The notes beneath the pieces are model-generated. The model was not told the origin of the DNA. It saw only the letters and a list, made by a program, of their open reading frames with translations, and ran no database searches. Shown here piece after piece: positions 36,766-49,599 of a DNA stretch of 64,000 nucleotides (positions are counted from its first letter, which is position 1; each line of letters opens with the position of its first letter). Source of the stretch: Lama glama (lineage: Eukaryota); contig CM052817.1 of assembly GCA_028534125.1 (NCBI GenBank), forward strand, positions 87,112,001 to 87,176,000, given 5' to 3'. The translations under genes were made by a program, and so were the position numbers.

Positions 36766-39700
36766 GTACAAGCATGTGTGCACACATACACACACACAAA
36801 GGAAACATGAAACAAAGGAAAAGTATAACAAAATGTCTCAAACATATCTTTAAGGAAGTATCTATAGAAACAAGCACAAATCTATTACATCCAAAATCAA
36901 ACACAAGAGATCAGAAATGACAAAATTAGGAATATATCAAAAGAGAGCTGATGGAACTTTAAAAATGCAAGTAAAAATTATTGGAGAAATGATTTCACAG
37001 TACTCAAGGGAGAATAATTTTGATTAAAGTATTGAAGTACATTATTAAAACATAGTGAAGTGCATTATTGTTGTACTTGTATGTTGTTCATGAGTATGCA
37101 TTGACAAATCAAAATTAATATAAAAATGAAAATGAAATAAAAAGAGACAAAATAATGATCAGAGAAATTATGATGGAGGTAAAAGAATAAGAAGATCCAA
37201 CATGCATATAATTAGTTCATGAAGAATAAGAATAATAAATGAAACAGAACTAAACATTAAGATTATAATCCAAGAAAACGTCCCCCAAATAAAAGAGAGC
37301 CTGAATCTATATATTGACAGTAACCATATGCACCTGGCTTAATTGATTCACAGCCATCAATTTCTAGGTATACTCAGGTAAATTAATAGACTTTAACATT
37401 AAAGAAGAAAAATCCTCTGAACTTTTCATCAAAGAAATCACCTACATGAAAGAGAAGTTGGCTGTAACTACAATCTTTGATAAGCAGTACAGAAAGAAAA
37501 GCAGGTTGAGAAACATTCTCAAGAAGCTCAGGGAGAGAAAATGCAAGTCGGGCATTTAATATCCAAACTACCAAGGCAACAGAATCATCTTAAACATGCA
37601 AAAATGTAGGGATTTTTGTGCTCATGAGGTCTTCGTGATGAATATAGAAGAGGATAGCCTACAACAAAAAAGGAATTACTAGAAAAATGTGGTGAAAAGA
37701 TTATTGGTGAGCTTTGAATATATTTAAATGCAGATCTAAGACTAAAAGTAGGGAGAGAGCAGGAGAAAGGTTATATTAAATGTTGTATGTTATAACAAAG
37801 TAGACACCAAAAAAGGTTAGAGAATAGAAGAAAACAGTGGGAGGGGAAATAAAATAACCTCACTGATGATCCCATAGTTGAAACAAAAATGATTTAAAGC
37901 TACCAAAACAAATAATAGATGCCAACTGTGGCCAGTGGGCAGTATAAAATGTATAAAAAAAGATAAAAACAATATGATTAAGAAAGACTAAAAATGCAAA
38001 AGTGTGGGCCAAATGTATATTAGAAAATGCAAATTATGAGAAAGAGGATTTGTTATTCTGATACCAGACAGGTAGAATTTGGGATAATTAGTCACACATA
38101 ACATATGTAGACACTTTAAAATACTAAAGGCCTTAACTCTCAATGAAAACAAAATAATGTTGAATATCTATGTTTCCAATAAAACAGAATATACCTAAGT
38201 AAGGCAGACACTATGAGAAATAAAAGAAGGAATAGACAGAAATACATTAATATTAGAAGACTAACACATCACTGAGTCAAAGATAGGTCAGGTGGGCAAA
38301 AAAAAAAAGTAAGAATATTACAACTCAAAATAAATGGCTATATATCAAATTTTCCAAGGTGATAGTAGAAAATATACTTCTGGAGCATTATACAATATTG
38401 AGCATATAATAAGTAAAAAGAAAAAAGCTTCAACAAGTTCTAAAATACAGATACAGTACAAATGCATTCTGGCTACAATACAAAAATCTTGAAATTAATA
38501 TCAGACATTTTACATAGAGATTTTAAGTCTTAAATAGTTCCTGGGTGAAAGAGAAATACAAACCCAACACACAGTCTTTATATAAAAACTGATCATTAAA
38601 ACATTTGGTATCAAAATCTAGGAGTTAAAATTAAAGCAATGAGTAAAAGAAAATCCATAGCACTGTGTTATCAATATAAACAAATATCAATAAAAACAAA
38701 ATGGTAACTGCGGCTGTCCTGTCTCTGACTGATTCTGTATTTTCTTTCAGGGTGTAATTTTCTTACTGGTAACATGGAAGAAAGAGATGTATCCACTGTA
38801 AAATGAACGTAATACTGTAAACCTCACAGGGTGTTGAAAGGATTAAATATGATGTTGCATAAAAAAAATGAGGAAAATAAATTTTAAAGAGTCTCAAAAT
38901 GAGTTAGAAAATGTTCATAAATTTAAATAAACAAAGCAAGGAAGTAATACATATAAAGGAGAAATTACAACTTGAAATTAAAACAGTAGGTAAGTAGTGT
39001 GTATATATACACCTGCATATATGTAATATACATATATAGTATACATACATGTATATATAGATACATAGATACATAGACAGATAGATTCTTTGAAAAAAAT
39101 GAAAATAACAGACAAACCACTAATCTTTAACAGAAAAATAGAAAGTAGATATTTGCAGAATAATAAATAAAAAGGAGGAAAAGCCATTTAAACAGAGAAT
39201 GTCAATACTACCTTGACTACTTTCATAATTCTATGAAAATTAACTTAAAAGTCAGATGAGCAAATGTCTTGGAAAATAACATTCACAAAAATTGACAATA
39301 ATTTTTAGAGATAAATTTTAGAGAGAGAAATAGAAATGGTTTAAGCAGATTAATTTCTATAGTCATAAGAGAAAAAAGGAAAAAGATTTTTTTAAGCAGG
39401 TGAACATTTTATACCTAAACCTCATAAAGACAACACCATAAAAGGAAACCACAAACTGACCTCACTGATAAATATAGTTGCAAAACCTCTGAGTATATAT
39501 TAGGCAATAGAGTCTAACAGCCTATTAAAAATAATATATCATGACCAAGTGGAGTTTATTCCAGGAATTTAATTCATGCCTAGCTCAATATTAGAAAATA
39601 TACTGATATAGCTACCTGTTATGATAGATTTAAAGAGAAAAATCATATTATCTCCAAATAAACAGAAAGAGCCTTATATTTAAATTAACATTATTAATAT

Positions 39701-39860
39701 TAATGCACACATGTGTATCATACATACCAATATGAAGTTACAAAGATGAAGTGGGAAAATTATAATAGTTAATGAATCTAGAGTGAAGAGTATGTGAGTG
39801 ATTGTATTTAACGTGTCTCAACATTTCTTTAAGTTTGGAATTTTTAAAAATGGAGGAGAA
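35935..39860 (+). mobile_element. Old, fragmented, near full-length L1 (5'UTR, ORF1, ORF2 remnants)
   Basis: ORF1-like AAGAAGATCCAACATGCATATAATTAG..GAAGAA and ATAATCCAAGAAAAC; ORF2-like ATATCATGACCAAGTGGAGTTTATTCCAGGAAT and AAATATAGTTGCAAAACCTCT. Confidence 0.75.
36724..36797. repeat. (CG)n(CA)n alternating purine-pyrimidine tract
   Basis: GCGCGTGCGCGCGCGCGCACACA...CACGTACA. Confidence 0.95.
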
Positions 39861-40254
39861 AAATAATACAAGTGTTTTCAAAAATCTCTGGCTAGATTCA
39901 ATTCAAAGAGTCATCTTTAAAATAGAAAATGCATTGACCTACTTTCTTTAAAAATCTGAGTTCCAGAGTAAATTTCCAGGAAAGGAAAACTTCATGGAAT
40001 CAAGACCACTAAGAAGCATTCTGGCTGAAACATTTTCAAAGTATGTCAATCTCTGAAAATTTGGGGTTGCTACAGATTATTTTAGTTAGTTATACTATCC
40101 ACAGATGACTGAATGAATGGATAAATCTAGCTAATCAGCTTGAGTAAGCATTTAATATTTTTGTACAATATTTTTTGCAACCGAAATATACAACACTAGT
40201 TAACATGTGTCTTCACAGTAGGTGTGATGCTCCCAGCATGGCTGGGATTAAGAA

Positions 40255-40685
40255 TTATTTGTTTGTTTGTTTGTTTGTTTATTATATCCTACCTATGAAT
40301 AAAGTTAATACAGTATTTGTCTTTCTTTGCATGACTTATTTTACTTTGCATAATGTCCTCAAAGTCCATTCATCTTGTTGTAAATGGCAAGATTTCATTA
40401 TTTTTTTAATAGCTGAGTTGTATTCCATTGTTTACAGATACCACATCTTTATCCATTCATCTATGGTTGGGCACTTAGATTGTTTCCATATCCTGGCTAT
40501 TGTAAATAATGCTGCTATGAACATGGCAGTACATACAGCTTTCTGAGTTAGGTTTTCTTCTTTGGATGAATATCCAGAAGTGGAACAGCTGGATCATGTA
40601 ATAGTTCTGTTCTTAATTTTTTGAGGAATCTCCATACTGTTGTCTGTAGTGGCTTCACCAATTAACACTCCCATCACAGAGTAAG
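40255..40685 (-). mobile_element. L1 (L1MA9-like) ORF2-end/3'UTR fragment
   Basis: TTTATCCATTCATCTATGGTTGGGCACTTAGATTGTTTCCATATCCTGGCTATTGTAAATAATGCTGCTATGAACAT. Confidence 0.9.
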
Positions 40686-40866
40686 GATATTTTTTAGCTA
40701 AAAAAGGAATTATAATTTCAAAGATAAACTAATAAAATAATTAAAATGAGACAGAATTACCCAAGATCTGCTATTATCTATAATAATTAAATATGTTATA
40801 ATACCATAAAAGAAAGCTCTTTGTATGTTAAGTTGTATTTCTTAAATTTTGTCCTTGACTTTTCAG

Positions 40867-40961
40867 ATAACTTTATATAATTTGGATTTTTAAACTAAGA
40901 AATGGAAGTTGCAGACACTGAAACTAGTATCAGAGCATCATTTTCCTAGCTGTGGAAATAG
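40867..40961 (+). pseudogene. Candidate decayed exon G
   Basis: ttgtccttgactttttcAG acceptor and AG|gttttt donor. Phase 0->2: ITLYNLDF*TKKWKLQTLKLVSEHHFPSCGN (1 stop). Confidence 0.4.
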
Positions 40962-42361
40962 GTTTTTACTTTGTCCTTCATCACCTTTTTCATGACTGTT
41001 TACACTCTCTCCCTTATTATACCTCTTTTGTTACCTTTATTTTCTATATGATCAACCAAACTTTCATTAACAAATATAAGCTCAAAGAAAATAATTATTA
41101 TTATTCAGAACATGTTGGGGACAGAGGAGATTGTCTTACTCTTATTTCTCAAAGTTAAAGAACATAAATTACATTATTCAGTGGGATAAAAAAGGATCAT
41201 AGGAGTTTGCTGATACAAAATCCTGAAGAGAGTTTGTTAAATAAAATCTTCAGTTTAACTCTTTTCCTCCTATACTTATTTTGAGAATGAGAGAAATTGA
41301 CCAATCTCTTGTTGAAAATCATGTGTCAGAGCAAGTTTCAAGAAGCACTTTTTCAGCCACATATTTTTAAGCTAAAATATTGCCATTTTCTGAAGAGTGT
41401 TTTCATAATTCCTGTTCATCAGGTTTGATTCATCAGGTTCTAAAGGAAAGACCCCACAGCTGGGAGTTACAGGCTGAGCTACTAGCTCTCGCTCTGAAAA
41501 TGATTAACTAATTATTTGAGGCTAAGTCATTTTATTTCTCTTGCCTTGCTTATGGCTGATAGAATTTGAAGTAGGAGAGAATGGTTGAGACTGCATGTAT
41601 GTTAAATGTTGGAGGTTCAGCAAGAAAGAATTTAGTGATTTCAAAGGAATTAAAATTTAATTTAAAGGGAACCATTTGAACAATCTCTTAAAATACTGGC
41701 TAAATATCAAGTATCTGGATAAAATTAGGTAAAAATTTTGTTTAATTTTTACATTTATTTTGTAGTTTATTCATACTCTAACATCGCAACTAGTCTCGAA
41801 AAGGCACTGTGAAATGGTGTTGGGAATAAAATTATTTATGATTCTATCAGTTGATAAAAGGCAAAATTTCCAATGACTAATCAGTTGCAGTTGATATAAT
41901 AAATGATTTAAAATATATACTTTATCTAATGCAATTATTGAGCTGTAAAATTTACTGGGCTCATAATCTTACAGTTTTAAGTTATTGGAATAATAAAAAT
42001 AAAAATAAATCCATACATTTTTGCTTTGGGAATTACTGAAATGAAACTCTGTGCCATTTAATTACATCTTTCAAAGGACTATAATCTCTTAATCGCCATG
42101 AGCTTCTCTTTTATCCTAGTAATTGGCATTTAGGCACATTGAATTCATATTAAACTTTCCATGTCAGAAAGTAAGACTGGCTGGTGAATTAGAGGCTTTT
42201 CAAAAGTAAAGCTTCTGCTCTTTTAGTTTATGATATATGAATCACATTGAATGTCCCATCAAATATCACCCTTTGATGGGGTTAATCTATATGTTAATGG
42301 TTTCTCTATTTTCTGTGCTATCTTGCCCTTTTCATTTATTTAATACATTGTATTTTTACAG

Positions 42362-42472
42362 TTTATATTGTTTAAAAGAAAATTTGCAAGTCAGTGAAGA
42401 GGACTGCATACCCATTGATGACAGGGAAATTACATTCTTGTGTTTAAATGCTGTTTAATATATTCAAATTAG
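42362..42472 (+). pseudogene. Candidate decayed exon H
   Basis: ttgtatttttacAG acceptor and AG|gttaaa donor. 111 nt, phase 2->2: LYCLKENLQVSEEDCIPIDDREITFLCLNAV*YIQI; continues exon G in frame. Confidence 0.45.
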
Positions 42473-42939
42473 GTTAAAAGCTCCTCTGAAAAGGTTTTTT
42501 TCCCCTTTAATAGAAAGACTTATAGAAATTGCAAACAGATCATGACAGGGGCATGAGGGAAGGGTAGGTACTTGGTATAAATCCACCGCATAGGAAACCT
42601 GGAAGGCCTGTTGCATTTTAACGTTCAAAGAAGGAAACAAACTCAGATGTTTTAGGTAATGTGTCTAGCTAGCTGACTCTACTAAACACAATTCTATATC
42701 CAGAATACTAAATGTTCAGGGGTGGTCCAAAATCTCAGAGCTGGGCAGACACAAGAAGATGCGTAAGAAAGAAGGTGGCAAAGAGAACTGTTGGGCCTTT
42801 AGGGAGAATCACCTCTTCTGGAAACGTGTCCTGTATTAAAGCACACGCAGTCCGAAAACGAGGCATCAGAAACTGGACTAAGCCACAGAGACTTTTCAGT
42901 AATCACGTCACAGTCTCAGGGGAGCTCTTTAGCTTAGAA

Positions 42940-43182
42940 ATAAACGGCATAAACTATGAAATAGAATACCTGAGTTTAATCTACACTGCATTTCTATTTA
43001 CGCGTTCTTGGTTGAACTGGTTTCAAACTTCCTGTGTCTCAGTTTCCTCCTCTGTATGACGAGGACTATCTATATCTGTGGAATGAGTTTTTGAAGTATG
43101 TGAAGACTAAGTGAGATGCTATATATTAAGTTCTTAATATAGTTTACGGGGCAATGAATATCAGCCAGTATTTTCATTATTA
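42940..43182 (+). mobile_element. MIR SINE
   Basis: TGTGTCTCAGTTTCCTCCTCTGTA..TGTGAAGACTAAGTGAGATG. Confidence 0.75.
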
Positions 43183-43678
43183 AGATAACTTTGTGGACAG
43201 CTAGAAAATTATCATTATACTAAGTGTATTCAGCTACTGAGATCAGCGGCTAAATTTCTTCCTCTCTATGTTTATAATTGGCCTAACTCAGACTGAACAC
43301 ACAGAAGTCAGGTGGGTTTATTTGCCAAAATTAAATGTACACAACAGGAAATGTTTGAGTGCTTTTGGGCTTTACAAAACTTGGAGCAGATGTGTAGCTA
43401 ATTCATCCCATACGGCAGTATAGTCACAATATACTTCCACATCTCTGGAATGACTTGTTTTTTTTGTATAATTAAAATTTCATTTATTTTTAGAATATAT
43501 ATATTTAAATATTACATAATTAGCTATGTTTTACTTACAATAAGTTAAAACATATCAACCAAGGCTGTCTCCTTTGACTTTATTTCTCTCTCCTCTCAAA
43601 TGTTTCTCTCTCCTCTCAAAGGATATCCACTATTATCTAGATGGACAGTTTTTCCAGTATTTTTGCTATGTATTTACA

Positions 43679-43680
<2 letters not shown>

Positions 43681-43719
<39 letters not shown>
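43681..43719. repeat. (TG)n microsatellite
   Basis: Direct reading. Confidence 0.95.
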
Positions 43720-43723
<4 letters not shown>

Positions 43724-45139
43724 TGGAGGACGGTGGTTCTTTACATAAAGGTATCATACTTCTTGAATCATTCTGCTACTTTTTCATTTAGTAACATATT
43801 TCAGTATATTTCTTTGACATATAGACCTACCTCCTTTGAAATTGTCCCCAAATTCTTCCTTCACAGTAATTCTTTGGTGTGTAAACTAAGTGTGATAAGA
43901 CTATCTCTCTGATTCTGAAATGGCCCAATCCAGTTAAAAGTTAGTCCTAGACAAAAATTTAAGAATTCCTTTTAGACAGTATCCATTTTGGTTTTATAAA
44001 ATCAATTGCTGAGATATCTTCCCCACTCCTGGGCAGCTCTTGAAAAACAGATTTGAGGGCATCAAATTATCAAACTAAAACAACGTAGTAATGAGTTCAA
44101 TGTCCTTTACTCAAGGGAATATATCCCATGCATTGGGAGAGTGCGGTTTCTCATGAACTATACTGCACAGACAAGTGAATGTAGCCTCTTAGATATGTGA
44201 TGCACACACTCTTGACACTTCTTTATGTAAGTGAGGGGTGGAGGGTCCACTCATGGAGAATTCTCAGCAGCTCCTCATCTCTCACTTCTTTTCCTCCTTA
44301 GGTTGAAGTCCTGAGGGAAAGTTCTTTGCATACTCATCTCACCATTTTAGATTTCTGCCTCTCTCATTTTTTACCCCAGATTTTCATTATCCAGAAAAGA
44401 AGCAGTTATTCCTTTACTTGCCCCAAGACACCACACTGACAGTGTCTTAGAGTGATCTAAGCGGCACCTGTAAATGAGTTTATTGTCCACACTACAAGAG
44501 AACTCTAAGCTGGCTTCTCAAGACCTGTACATACTAAGAGGAAAACAAAAGTTAATTTGAATTTTTTTCTCTCAAAAACTCTGTTCCTAGTAGATAATCT
44601 TGTTCTTGCATTCCAGAAACTATTACTACCTTTATGTTTTCTGCTTGCATTATATTTTAAACTCTTTTCAAAGAGATAGCAGCTTTGGGTGAACTAGAAT
44701 AAAGACAGCAGGTAAACAAAAATGAATAACATAGCATTTCAAAATAGCATTCACTTTTATCTATCCATTCCCTTAGTCACAAAAAATCTTGACTATGTCC
44801 ACTTTTTCCTATTAAAACAAGGTTGGAATGAATAGCCTTGTATATATCTTCTGTGTATATATATAGCATATACATATGTGTCTTTTCTTTAAGGCAGACA
44901 ATGAGTAATGGAATTGCAGGATCTGAGTGCATTTAAAATTTTTATTCCTACAGATCAATTGCCTTCCAAAATGGCTGTACTAATCCTTAGTCTAAGGAAC
45001 AATGTCCAAGAGTATCATTTTTCCTCACATCTTTACCAACATTCAACATTAGCAAAGAAACAAAAATCCATTTTACCATTAGCATTTATTATTATTATTT
45101 GATATTATTAACATGTTACCTATGTTATATAAATTTTAA

Positions 45140-46300
45140 AATTTAATTTTATTCATTTTAATTGAAGTATAGCTGACTTACAATATTATATTGGTTTCAG
45201 GTGTATGACATAGTGAGTCAGTGTTTTTATAGTTAATACTCCATTAAAAGTTATTACAAGATAATTGCTATAATTTTCTGTTGTACCATATATCCTTATT
45301 ACTTATCTATTTTTTACATAGCAGATTGTTTCTTTCAATCCCAAACCCCTAATATACCCTTCCCCTCTTCCCACTCCACACTGGTAAGCACTAGTTTTGT
45401 TTTCTACCTGAGTTTGTTTCTGTTTTACTAAATACCTTCATTTGGATTATTTTTTAGATTCCACATATAAGTGACATCATGCAATATTTGTCTTTTTATG
45501 AATTATTTCCCTAAGCATAATAGTTTCTAGATCTAACAACATTGCTGCAAATGGCAGAATTTCATTCCTTTTATAGCTGAGTAATATTTCATTATAAATA
45601 CCACACCTTCTGTATCCATTCATCTGTTGAGGGACACTTGGGATGCTTCCATATCTTGAGTATTATAAACAATGCTGCTGTGAACATTGGGGTGCATGTT
45701 ATCTTATCAAATTAGTGTTTTCATTTTTTCCAGCTATATGCCCAGTAGTGGGATTTTTGGATCATATAGTAGTTCTATTTTTAGTTTTCTGAGCAGCTTC
45801 TATACTCTTTTCCATAGTGGCTGCACCAATTTACATTCTCACCAACAGTGTACAAGGATTCCCTTTTCTCCACATCCTCTCCAGTTGTTATCTGTAGAAT
45901 TTTTGATGATAGCCATTCTGACAGGTATGGGGTGATATCTCACTGTTGTTTTGATTTGTATTTCTCTAATAATTAGTAATGTTGAACATCTTTTCATGTG
46001 TCTGTCAGCCATCTGTATGTCTTCTTTGGAAAAATGTCTATACAGGTCTTCTTCCCATTTTTTGTTTGGGTTGTTTGTTTGTTTTGATACTGAGTTGTAT
46101 GAGCTGTTTGTATAGTTCTGTATATTAACCCCTTGTCAGTCATATCATTTGCAAATATTTTCTCCCATTCATAGATTATCTTTTCTTTTTGTCAACAGTT
46201 TCCTTTGCTGTGCAAAAGCTTTAAAGTTTAATTGTATCCCATTTGTTTATTTTTGCTTTAATTTCTTTTGCCTTATGAGACAGACACAAAGAATATTGCA
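45140..46300 (-). mobile_element. 5'-truncated L1 (L1MA9/artiodactyl type), 3'UTR and ORF2 end
   Basis: TTTTAATTGAAGTATAGCTGACTTACAATATT 3' terminus; GGCTGCACCAATTTACATTCTCACCAACAGTG; TTCCTTTGCTGTGCAAAAGCTTT. Confidence 0.95.
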
Positions 46301-46389
46301 TATTCTGCATATTTATGTCAAGGATTACTTTGCATTTATATTATATTATCTGCCTTTATACCTATATATCTCATTGATATATCTTCTGC

Positions 46390-46995
46390 TTTGTATCAGT
46401 TACAATGTTTTTTGATGCAAGTAGTAAATATTAACCCTATTCAGTTAAATAACAGGAAATGTATCACACAAGATGTTTCAAATATCTGGTGTCTCCAAGC
46501 GTCGTGTGACCAATGCTCCAAGTCCACTTCTCTGCGTTTCCTTTGGCTCTGCTCTGCTCTCTGTGTTTGCTTTGTCCTCAGGCTAGATCTCATTCTCCTC
46601 ATTTAATGGCAACAGCAATTTTGGTTCTCGCATCCAGATACAACAGTGTCCAGAGGCATAGAAGAGGCTATTTATCCCTTATGTGCTTGTTAAGAGCAAA
46701 TAAAGGAAAAAAATTCCCAGATGGCACTCCCTGCCCCTAAAAATTCCTTAGTATTATTGGCAAAATAGCCTAATGCTTAAACCAGTCACTGCCAAGGAAT
46801 TAGTTTATATTATATAATATTATAAAGTTGGGTTTCTACCCAAGAGGAACCAGCTCCTTTGGCTACGAAAGCAGCTGGTCTTTCTTGAGATGCATGGCCA
46901 TAAGGAATAGAGCGGAAGTTGTACTAGTGAGAAATTCTGTTATGGAAAAATTCCAGGCATGCTGGGGTGAATGTATTTAGGCAGACAATAGTTTC
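46390..46995 (-). mobile_element. MaLR LTR (MLT1J/K-like)
   Basis: TGTATCAGTTACAATGTTTTTTGATGCAAGTAG; TTTGTCCTCAGGCTAG; TAAACCAGTCACTGCCAAGG. Confidence 0.65.
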
Positions 46996-47607
46996 TGGTA
47001 TTTTTTTTCAGGAAGGAAGGGAAAATAACCTCCCTTCTGAAGATAATCTCAAATGAAGGATAAAATGTATTCAAATAGAAAAATATAATATCGTAATAAG
47101 TATATAAAAAGAACTAAAGACACTTAAAGATGGAATCCATGGAATTTCCTGACACAGAAATTCAATTTATAAAATATTAGTGTTTTATAAACACAAAGTT
47201 ATGTGATTCCTAACATAACTTACAAAAATACATAAATTTATACAGATTATTAATTTTGTTTCAAAATATAAACAGAGATAAGGATTAAAATGTATCTTCT
47301 CCAGAAGACAATTACTAAATAAAATACTTATTTCAATAAGAAAGGAGAATTAGAATAACAACATTAGAACATTAGAACAATAACAAAAAAGACTAGTTCA
47401 GTCACTGAGTTTAATCCTATTCTTTTTACCCCTGAAAATATATTAGAAGGTTGACAAAATATCAGCGCTCATATTTCAGAAACAGTGATTATAAACAAAC
47501 ATTCATGTAAATGTGTGATGAACTAAATGGTGATGAGCACTAAGGAGAGAGGCAAAGCAAGGAGAAGGGCTCAGGGAGGGCCAGGTTAAGACGGGGCGTC
47601 ATTACTT

Positions 47608-48246
47608 TGTTGCTGGTGATTTGGTTCTTCTCTCGTCACAGAAAGAATCCAGAGATGAAACATGGAGGTTAAGAAAGTAAAGTGAGGATTCATTAAGGGA
47701 TAGACAGTACACCCTCAAGGGGAGAGCGGGCAGGCTTAGGTGAGCAGCTGCCCTGAGTTTCTTTGGCAAGTTGGTTACATACAGTGAAAAAATGAATGAG
47801 AGGAATATTCATTGGGAAGGGCTTGGGGTCATTTTCCCTGATTTCCATCCCCACTCCACCTTCTCAAGGGGAAAGGGGATGTTCATCCATATTTAGTCTG
47901 GATTGAAAGTGTCATGGCGAAAGTGATGATGGGTACTTCTAATTTGAAAGGCTAATTTTATTGTAATGAGAGCATAATGAGCAAAAAGTTACATTCAGAC
48001 GCTAGATATTCCTGTCTTTTCCCACTTTTCTTTGTTGGCCTCTGGGATACTTGTCACCGCATAATGTGTGATTTCTTCTCAGTTCCAAGGTTCCTGCTTT
48101 TCTCTGTCTGCCCAAGGACCCCTGTTGTTTACATGATGTGTGGTTTCCTGCATTTGGCCTGTGCCCCTCCTTATTTGCCCAATTCCTGCCATTTGGCCTG
48201 CGTCCCCCTTTCTCTGCTCACATCTAGCTATCCGCCTGCTCTAACT
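47608..48246 (-). mobile_element. Lineage-specific ERV1 solo LTR (copy 1), inserted in an antisense L2
   Basis: Colinear with 56144-56771. Flanks ACTT/ATTT (4-bp TSD, 1 mismatch). L2-like sequence continues on both sides. Confidence 0.85.
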
Positions 48247-48546
48247 ATTTTACACATGGTGATTGGTTAAGGCCTCCCTTAGAAAATGACATTTGATCAC
48301 AGAACTCTAGGAAGTTAGAAAAGGAATTATATAGGTATCAGAGCATATTAAAATTCAAGTAGAGAGAAGTGCAAAAAATCAGAAGAAAATCAAGTGACAT
48401 TTTCTAGATAAGATAAAAAAGGGAATAACCACATTGACAGAATTGTTCACTTTGCAAATTTTATTTTTTATTTTTCTTAATTTTTTTATAGTTGTAGAAG
48501 CATGAAATAACATATAAAAATTTTCATTGTGTATTGAAATTTTCAG

Positions 48547-48610
48547 CTACATTCCTGCTCTATTTCACCAAAGATATTATAGCCAAGGGAAAAATAATGG
48601 CTACATGTGG
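48547..48610 (+). pseudogene. Candidate decayed exon I
   Basis: gaaattttcAG acceptor and TGG|gtatgt donor, 64 nt. Two open frames: YIPALFHQRYYSQGKNNGYMW (phase 2->0) or TFLLYFTKDIIAKGKIMATC (phase 1->2). Confidence 0.45.
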
Positions 48611-48829
48611 GTATGTTTTTATTAAGCAGGATTTCCTTCTGTATTATCATCACTGCTTCTAGCACTTCTTAGGCACATCGTCAGGCTTACTACGTAACAT
48701 ACCATTTTCAGTGACAGGTTCTGAACATTCAAATAAAGAGATGGATAAAAATGTGTCAGGGTTTGTAAAACATTCTCCAAGGGAAAGATATGTCTGTCAT
48801 AATTGAGTCACTAGAAACAGAGATCCTGG

Positions 48830-48990
48830 AACAGGCAGAGAGAATTGTGAAGTTCTAGTCTACTGTCTTGTAGTTTCTCATGTGACTCAGTTTCCTTTGA
48901 ATTATTCAAAAGGTTGATTCAGTGAGATGATGCATTTAATGCTCTTAAAATATAGCATATGTTTAGTCAGTGGTTGCTATTTTTATTATG
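48830..48990 (+). mobile_element. MIR fragment
   Basis: TGTGACTCAGTTTCCTTTG..GATTCAGTGAGATGATGCATTTAATGCTCTTA. Confidence 0.55.
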
Positions 48991-49188
48991 ATATCTATTA
49001 TTCTAGCCCAACATGCATCTTTGAGATTGCTAGTTTGTTTCCCCTTTGCCTACTACACAAGGCTTCAACTCTAGTGTACTTGAAGATGTTGAATGTGTAA
49101 CTTCTTGAGAGATGCATATTGGTATGTGTGTATCTGTGGGTCTATGTGTCTGTGTCTGGGTCTGCTTACAGGTATATAAGTGCTATTC

Positions 49189-49555
49189 TGTTACAGACTT
49201 TATAATAGAATCTGAGTCTATTTTTTGATATTTAATGACAGCTTTAAAGCTTCAACCACCCCCCTTTCCCTTTACTCCACAGCTGAATAAGCTGATAAGA
49301 AAGCGTGAGTTCTCTCTCCTTTGGTGCAGATGGGAAGTTCAAATCATGAAGCCCCATCCCAAGCAAGCCAACACTCACCCTGGCTCACATCCTAACTACT
49401 GTGAAAACTCAAACTAGTCTCCTTTCAGTGCTTTCTTAAGCCATCTTTCTGACCAGCTTGAGAGTTGTTTTCTTTTCCCTTGAAAGTCTCATGCATACAG
49501 CATTGATAGTTTTGATGTCACAACCATCCTATCAATGTAGAGTGGCCAAAATCAT
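49189..49555 (+). mobile_element. ERVL-class LTR (MER54/MER73-like)
   Basis: TGTTACAG start; AAGCTGATAAGAAAGC..CTCCTTTGGTGCAGATGGGAAGTTCAAATCATG; AGTCTCCTTTC..TTAAGCCAT. Confidence 0.65.
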
Positions 49556-49599
49556 CTTTTTGTTTCTTTCTTGTTCCTGTTACTTATTGTGTTACTTAT

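Noticed and set aside
36491..36920. Cluster of overlapping ORFs on both strands
   Set aside because: Produced by the (CG)n(CA)n repeat inside a decayed L1.
43980..44226. Exon ending at the strong TAT|gtaagt donor with a GIYPMHW ankyrin-like word
   Set aside because: No clear acceptor and multiple stops in all frames; kept out of the exon chain.
40175..46415. ORFs 40175-40546, 45687-45935 and 46149-46415
   Set aside because: Antisense translations of L1 3' regions.
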